This document shows positions 46,215-49,197 of a DNA stretch of 49,197 bases, piece after piece; within the stretch, counting starts at the first letter, position 1, and each line of letters opens with the position of its first letter. The stretch covers positions 1 to 49,197 of the IMG/VR virus record IMGVR_UViG_3300021962_000170; one strand, 5' to 3'. This DNA comes from a virus. Taxonomy: Duplodnaviria > Caudoviricetes. Made by a program: the position numbers and the translations under genes. Below the pieces are notes generated by a model that did not search any database, had not been told where the DNA came from, and saw only the letters and a program-made list of their open reading frames with translations.

Positions 46215-46341
46215 AAACGCGCCCTTTGACGTTGAAACAGACTAGGGTGATGGCAAATGATTCTCTCCAGTCCGGCCGGATAAACGGGAGACGTCTAAAT
46301 AACCATCCGCTGCTAAACTGCGATAGTGTTTAGTGCAATTT

Positions 46342-46419
46342 TGTCCCAGAGTCGTCCAGGTGACGGCACGTGACTGTTAATCACGATGGAGGCAGGTTCG
46401 AGTCCTGCTGGGACAGCCA
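46342..46419 (+). tRNA. tRNA-Asn(GUU), 6-bp D stem
   Basis: cgtga-CT-GTT-AA-tcacg, G73; gtcgtc/gacggc D stem. Confidence 0.85.
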
Positions 46420-46423
46420 ACAT

Positions 46424-46498
46424 GCCTTGGTAGCTCAATGGTAGAGCGCCTGCCTGAAGAGCAGGGCGTAGGGAGTTCGATTCTCCCCCTCGGCACCA
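46424..46498 (+). tRNA. tRNA-Phe(GAA)
   Basis: cctgc-CT-GAA-GA-gcagg; two acceptor-stem mismatches. Confidence 0.85.
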
Positions 46499-46546
46499 AT
46501 TGTGTCAGATCCGGCTGCACATTAAAAGAATTTCCGGCTGAATTTT

Positions 46547-46621
46547 GGTCCTATAGCTCAGTGGTAGAGCAAAGAGCTGATAACTCTTAGGTCAGGTGTT
46601 CAATTCACCTTAGGACTACCA
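46547..46621 (+). tRNA. tRNA-Ile(GAU)
   Basis: aagag-CT-GAT-AA-ctctt, CCA. Confidence 0.9.
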
Positions 46622-46626
46622 AGTTT

Positions 46627-46718
46627 GGGTGTGTCAAATAAGGCTATGCTGGTGCTAGCAGCGGACTGTAAATCCGTTCCTGAAGAGGCAAGTTGTTCGA
46701 TTCAACACACACCCACCA
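46627..46718 (+). tRNA. tRNA-Tyr(GUA), atypical 8/4 fold
   Basis: gcgga-CT-GTA-AA-tccgt; gggtgtgt/acacaccc acceptor, gttg/caac T stem, extra 8-nt linker before D arm. Confidence 0.8.
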
Positions 46719-46726
46719 ATAACCAT

Positions 46727-46803
46727 GCAGCGTCAGACTAGATGGGGTGGTCGCCGTACTTTCAATTCGGAGATGACGGGTTCGATACCCGTACGCTGTA
46801 CCA
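46727..46803 (+). tRNA. tRNA-Glu(UUC)
   Basis: CT-TTC-AA loop, CCA. Confidence 0.85.
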
Positions 46804-46808
46804 ATCAA

Positions 46809-46885
46809 CTCCCATAGGACTACCAGGCGATGGTCGCTGCCCTCTCAAGGCAGAGAAGCGGATTCGAGCTCCGCATGGGGGACCA
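46809..46885 (+). tRNA. tRNA-Glu(CUC)
   Basis: ctgcc-CT-CTC-AA-ggcag, CCA. Confidence 0.85.
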
Positions 46886-46891
46886 ATTTAC

Positions 46892-46965
46892 ATCCCTGTA
46901 GCATAATGGCAGTGCGCTGTCCTGACTCGACAGATGAGAAGGCTCGATTCCTTCCAGGGATACCA
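46892..46965 (+). tRNA. tRNA-Val(GAC)
   Basis: ctgtc-CT-GAC-TC-gacag (U37 unusual), A73, CCA. Confidence 0.8.
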
Positions 46966-46970
46966 ATAAC

Positions 46971-47044
46971 GCTGCTATAGTATAAAGGTATTATGCATCT
47001 TTGGTAAGGATGAGACGGAGGATCGTTACCTCCTAGCAGCACCA
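46971..47044 (+). tRNA. tRNA-Thr(GGU)
   Basis: catct-TT-GGT-AA-ggatg, CCA. Confidence 0.88.
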
Positions 47045-47047
47045 ATT

Positions 47048-47120
47048 GCTTCTGCCGGCGGATCCGGTGGCGGGTCTACGAAGCCTGCTCACGAATGTTC
47101 AACTCATTCCAGGAGCGCCA
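47048..47120 (+). tRNA. tRNA-Arg(ACG), atypical cloverleaf
   Basis: gcgggt-CT-ACG-AA-gcctgc 6-bp stem; D hairpin ccgg-cggat-ccgg abuts acceptor strand; CCA. Confidence 0.75.
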
Positions 47121-47138
47121 TAAACAAAGAGGTTGACA

Positions 47139-47405
47139 ATGTCTAAAGTACCATATACAATTAACATCGACCGCTACATCTGCACCGAGCTTGAATACAT
47201 TCGGAAGATGAACGAGAATCGTGACTATTCGATGCTTGCTGCTACAATTGAGCGTATTCAGTATCACGCTTCGTCAATGGAAGATGCTCTGTATCGTTAC
47301 GATGATATCAAGTACAAGTTGAAGAGCGATGTTGAAGACAAAGATATGAGTGATGCAGACTTTCGTAAGAAAGCTGTTGAAGTGTTGAAACTGCTTGAAA
47401 AATAA
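47139..47405 (+). CDS. hypothetical protein within tRNA array
   Basis: GAGGT RBS; RYICTELEYIRKM...ERIQYHASSMEDAL. Confidence 0.7.
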   Translation: MSKVPYTINIDRYICTELEYIRKMNENRDYSMLAATIERIQYHASSMEDALYRYDDIKYKLKSDVEDKDMSDADFRKKAVEVLKLLEK

Positions 47406-47411
47406 CAAATT

Positions 47412-47486
47412 GCCTCCATAGCTCAGCGGAAGAGTACTGGTCTTCGAAACCAAGGGTCGGGAGTTCGAATCTCTCTGGGGGCCCCA
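47412..47486 (+). tRNA. tRNA-Arg(UCG)
   Basis: tggt-CT-TCG-AA-acca, CCA. Confidence 0.85.
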
Positions 47487-47621
47487 ATAAAAACACTATA
47501 GTAGAGGTCGACATCTGCTATAATGAGAATACTGCGTGCGCCACAGGGCTACTCGGCGCATCGGGGCTGGTAACAGCGTAGGGGTAAAAGTCCCAATTGT
47601 GAGATGGCCCAGAAATTTAAT

Positions 47622-47697
47622 GCCGTGACAAGTGTAAGTGGAAGCATATCTCACTGTGACTGAGATGGAATGGGATCGAAGCCCATGCACGGTACCA
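47622..47697 (+). tRNA. tRNA-His(GUG), alphaproteobacterial type (no G-1, A73)
   Basis: tctca-CT-GTG-AC-tgaga; G1.U72, A73, preceded by T not G. Confidence 0.82.
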
Positions 47698-47712
47698 ATT
47701 TGAGAGGGATAT

Positions 47713-48012
47713 ATGATGGTTAAGGTTCTGATATACGGCGCGAAAGATATTTTTGATGCTGCTTCCTATGAAGGTCGAGCAGAATCTGATATTGTAGCTT
47801 ATCGTAAAGATGATGGATGTTATCAAATCATAAAGAACCGAACCGGTCGCTATCTGGGTTCTTATACAACTTTCCACGGTTTGCAACTTGAGCTCAAATG
47901 GATTGAGCGTGATGAGTTCGACCAAGAATTAAAGAATTACAAGCTAGCTCAGCGATATGTGGATCATCCTAATATCGAGCTTAGCAAGAATGCGGATGTA
48001 GCTCAGGGGTAG
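47713..48012 (+). CDS. hypothetical protein, stop inside tRNA-Gly
   Basis: GAGGG RBS; 99 aa. Confidence 0.6.
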   Translation: MMVKVLIYGAKDIFDAASYEGRAESDIVAYRKDDGCYQIIKNRTGRYLGSYTTFHGLQLELKWIERDEFDQELKNYKLAQRYVDHPNIELSKNADVAQG

Positions 48013-48066
48013 AGCGTCACGTTGCCAACGTGAATGTCACGGGTTCGAATCCCGTTATCCGCTCCA
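47992..48066 (+). tRNA. tRNA-Gly(GCC)
   Basis: GCGGATG start, tcacg-TT-GCC-AA-cgtga, U73, CCA. Confidence 0.92.
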
Positions 48067-48071
48067 ATAAT

Positions 48072-48149
48072 GTCCTTGTAATGGAAACTGGTAAACCTCT
48101 TCCGTCGAGAGCGGCAGGCTTGCGGGTTCGAGTCCCGCCAAGGACACCA
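48072..48149 (+). tRNA. tRNA-Leu(GAG), short variable arm, C33
   Basis: gtccttg/caaggac-A-CCA; ccg-TC-GAG-AG-cgg; GTTCGAGT. Confidence 0.7.
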
Positions 48150-48156
48150 ATAATGT

Positions 48157-48232
48157 TCTCCCTTCGTCTATGCCGGTAGGACGCCTGACTCTGAATCAGG
48201 AAACCGTGGTTCGAGTCCACGAGGGAGATCCA
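48157..48232 (+). tRNA. tRNA-Gln(CUG)
   Basis: cctga-CT-CTG-AA-tcagg, U1-A72, CCA. Confidence 0.88.
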
Positions 48233-48246
48233 ATATATTGTGATCA

Positions 48247-48254
48247 TATAAATA
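48247..48254 (+). promoter_or_regulatory. T4-type late promoter
   Basis: TATAAATA 30 nt before ATG 48285. Confidence 0.7.
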
Positions 48255-48284
48255 TACGAAACTTCTTGATCCAATGGGGTAACG

Positions 48285-49197
48285 ATGGTAAAATCTTTTC
48301 GCGGGCACATGAAGACAGATGATCTTTATGAAAACACTCTATTCACAACTCCACAGGAACGAACCGCTCTAGTAGCGGATAAATCTCGTGTTGCGAATGC
48401 ATTCTTGTTAAACTTCTTTGGAACGCTGGGCATGATCAATGCCACCAAGCCAGCTCAGAAAAGGACTTTGCTTACGTTCATTAAGACAGATAAGAAGCTG
48501 CGTATTGATACCATTGATGATACAAACAACGATATGTCATTGTCATTGAAGCTGGCTGCTGATGCCGGCTTCTTTACTAATCCTGCCACTGTTGCAGAGA
48601 TCACTCGATTCCTTGTTAAGCTAAAGGCTGGACAGATCGACCACATCGACTCTGCTGTTGTTGGTAAGTGGGCTGTCGGCATGAAACCAGACTTCCTTGT
48701 GTACATCAGGGATCCTGCTGCTCGTCGAATCTTTAACCAATTCCGTATGGATGAGGGCAAGACAATCGACGTTTCCAGCATTGCTGTTGTATTGAAGACT
48801 CGCGTCAACAAAATGAGTGAAGGTGGTGACTTCCAACGCTTTGCTAAGCGCTTCATCGGTCTCACAGCTATTAGTCCAACTGCAACAACCCCAGTTGCAG
48901 CCGCTCCAATTGCTCAACCTGCTGTAGCTCCGGCCCCAACCGCTCCAGTCAAGTTGAACTACTACCAGCGTCAAAAGCTAAAGAAACAGCAAGCGGCCGC
49001 TGGTACAACTACAACACCAACTACTCCTGCAGCGGCTCCTGCACCTAAGTTGAGCTACTATCAAAAGCAGAAGTTGAAGAAGGATGCTGGAAAAGCTGAT
49101 GCTGCAAAGATTGCTGCTGACGCTAAGGCTGCTGAATTGGCTGCCCTGCAGGCCAAGTGGGCTGCCGAGGACTTGAAGAAAAAAGAGGAAGAAGAAA
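48285..49197 (+). CDS. large late protein, 5' part (partial; probable head-packaged protein, possibly Alt-like)
   Basis: Open from ATG 48285 to the window edge (MVKSFRGHMKTDDLYE...); Ala/Pro linker with repeated KL(N/S)YYQ(R/K)QKLKK; absent from ORF track because no stop is in the window. Confidence 0.75.
   Translation, partial: MVKSFRGHMKTDDLYENTLFTTPQERTALVADKSRVANAFLLNFFGTLGMINATKPAQKRTLLTFIKTDKKLRIDTIDDTNNDMSLSLKLAADAGFFTNPATVAEITRFLVKLKAGQIDHIDSAVVGKWAVGMKPDFLVYIRDPAARRIFNQFRMDEGKTIDVSSIAVVLKTRVNKMSEGGDFQRFAKRFIGLTAISPTATTPVAAAPIAQPAVAPAPTAPVKLNYYQRQKLKKQQAAAGTTTTPTTPAAAPAPKLSYYQKQKLKKDAGKADAAKIAADAKAAELAALQAKWAAEDLKKKEEEE

Noticed and set aside
42973-48232. Stop-codon reassignment or suppressor tRNA
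   Set aside because: No CUA, UUA or UCA anticodon seen, and genes translate intact in code 11.
44713-48310. Minus-strand ORFs across the tRNA array (44713-44922, 45774-46028, 45985-46215, 46845-47045, 47308-47514, 47496-47690, 48017-48310)
   Set aside because: They are antisense translations of tRNA genes (MVxxxGFEP-type artefacts).
48455-48974. Two minus-strand ORFs
   Set aside because: Shadows of the long plus-strand ORF starting at 48285, which has a late promoter.
1-49197. CRISPR array, integrase or IS element
   Set aside because: No regularly spaced direct repeats or transposase/integrase motifs seen; the recurring ctgttgac motif is a promoter.

Overview
A 49-kb segment of a large T4-like (myovirus) bacteriophage genome, almost all on the + strand, probably infecting an alphaproteobacterium (two-piece permuted tmRNA, tRNA-His lacking G-1 with A73, host-like PstS). 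In order: envelope/lysis-type genes (two SleB-like hydrolases) and pstS; a B12-radical SAM gene, a two-piece tmRNA and a small outer-membrane protein; an ~11-kb tightly packed cluster of tailoring enzymes (radical SAMs, many 2OG-Fe(II)/AspH-like oxygenases, desaturase, PLP enzyme, GNAT-like, sulfotransferase, SET, SDR, QueC-like); small early genes behind sigma70-like TTGAC(T/C)-N17-TATA(A/T)T promoters; late (TATAAATA) genes for probable head-packaged proteins including a ligase-like and a cytidyltransferase-like enzyme; spanins; ribonucleotide reductase with an ATP-cone on the beta subunit; GIY-YIG nuclease, RNase H, PhoH, glutaredoxin; a glycosyltransferase/methyltransferase cluster; and an array of 25 tRNA genes with an HNH gene, dps and several structured non-coding segments. 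The most striking observation is an unannotated 28-codon leader ORF (44690-44776) with mutually exclusive antiterminator and terminator hairpins directly upstream of the main tRNA array. Its codons 5-24 are all read by tRNAs encoded downstream, suggesting a ribosome-stalling attenuator that senses tRNA depletion and switches on phage tRNAs. All calls come from reading motifs by eye; no searches were run.
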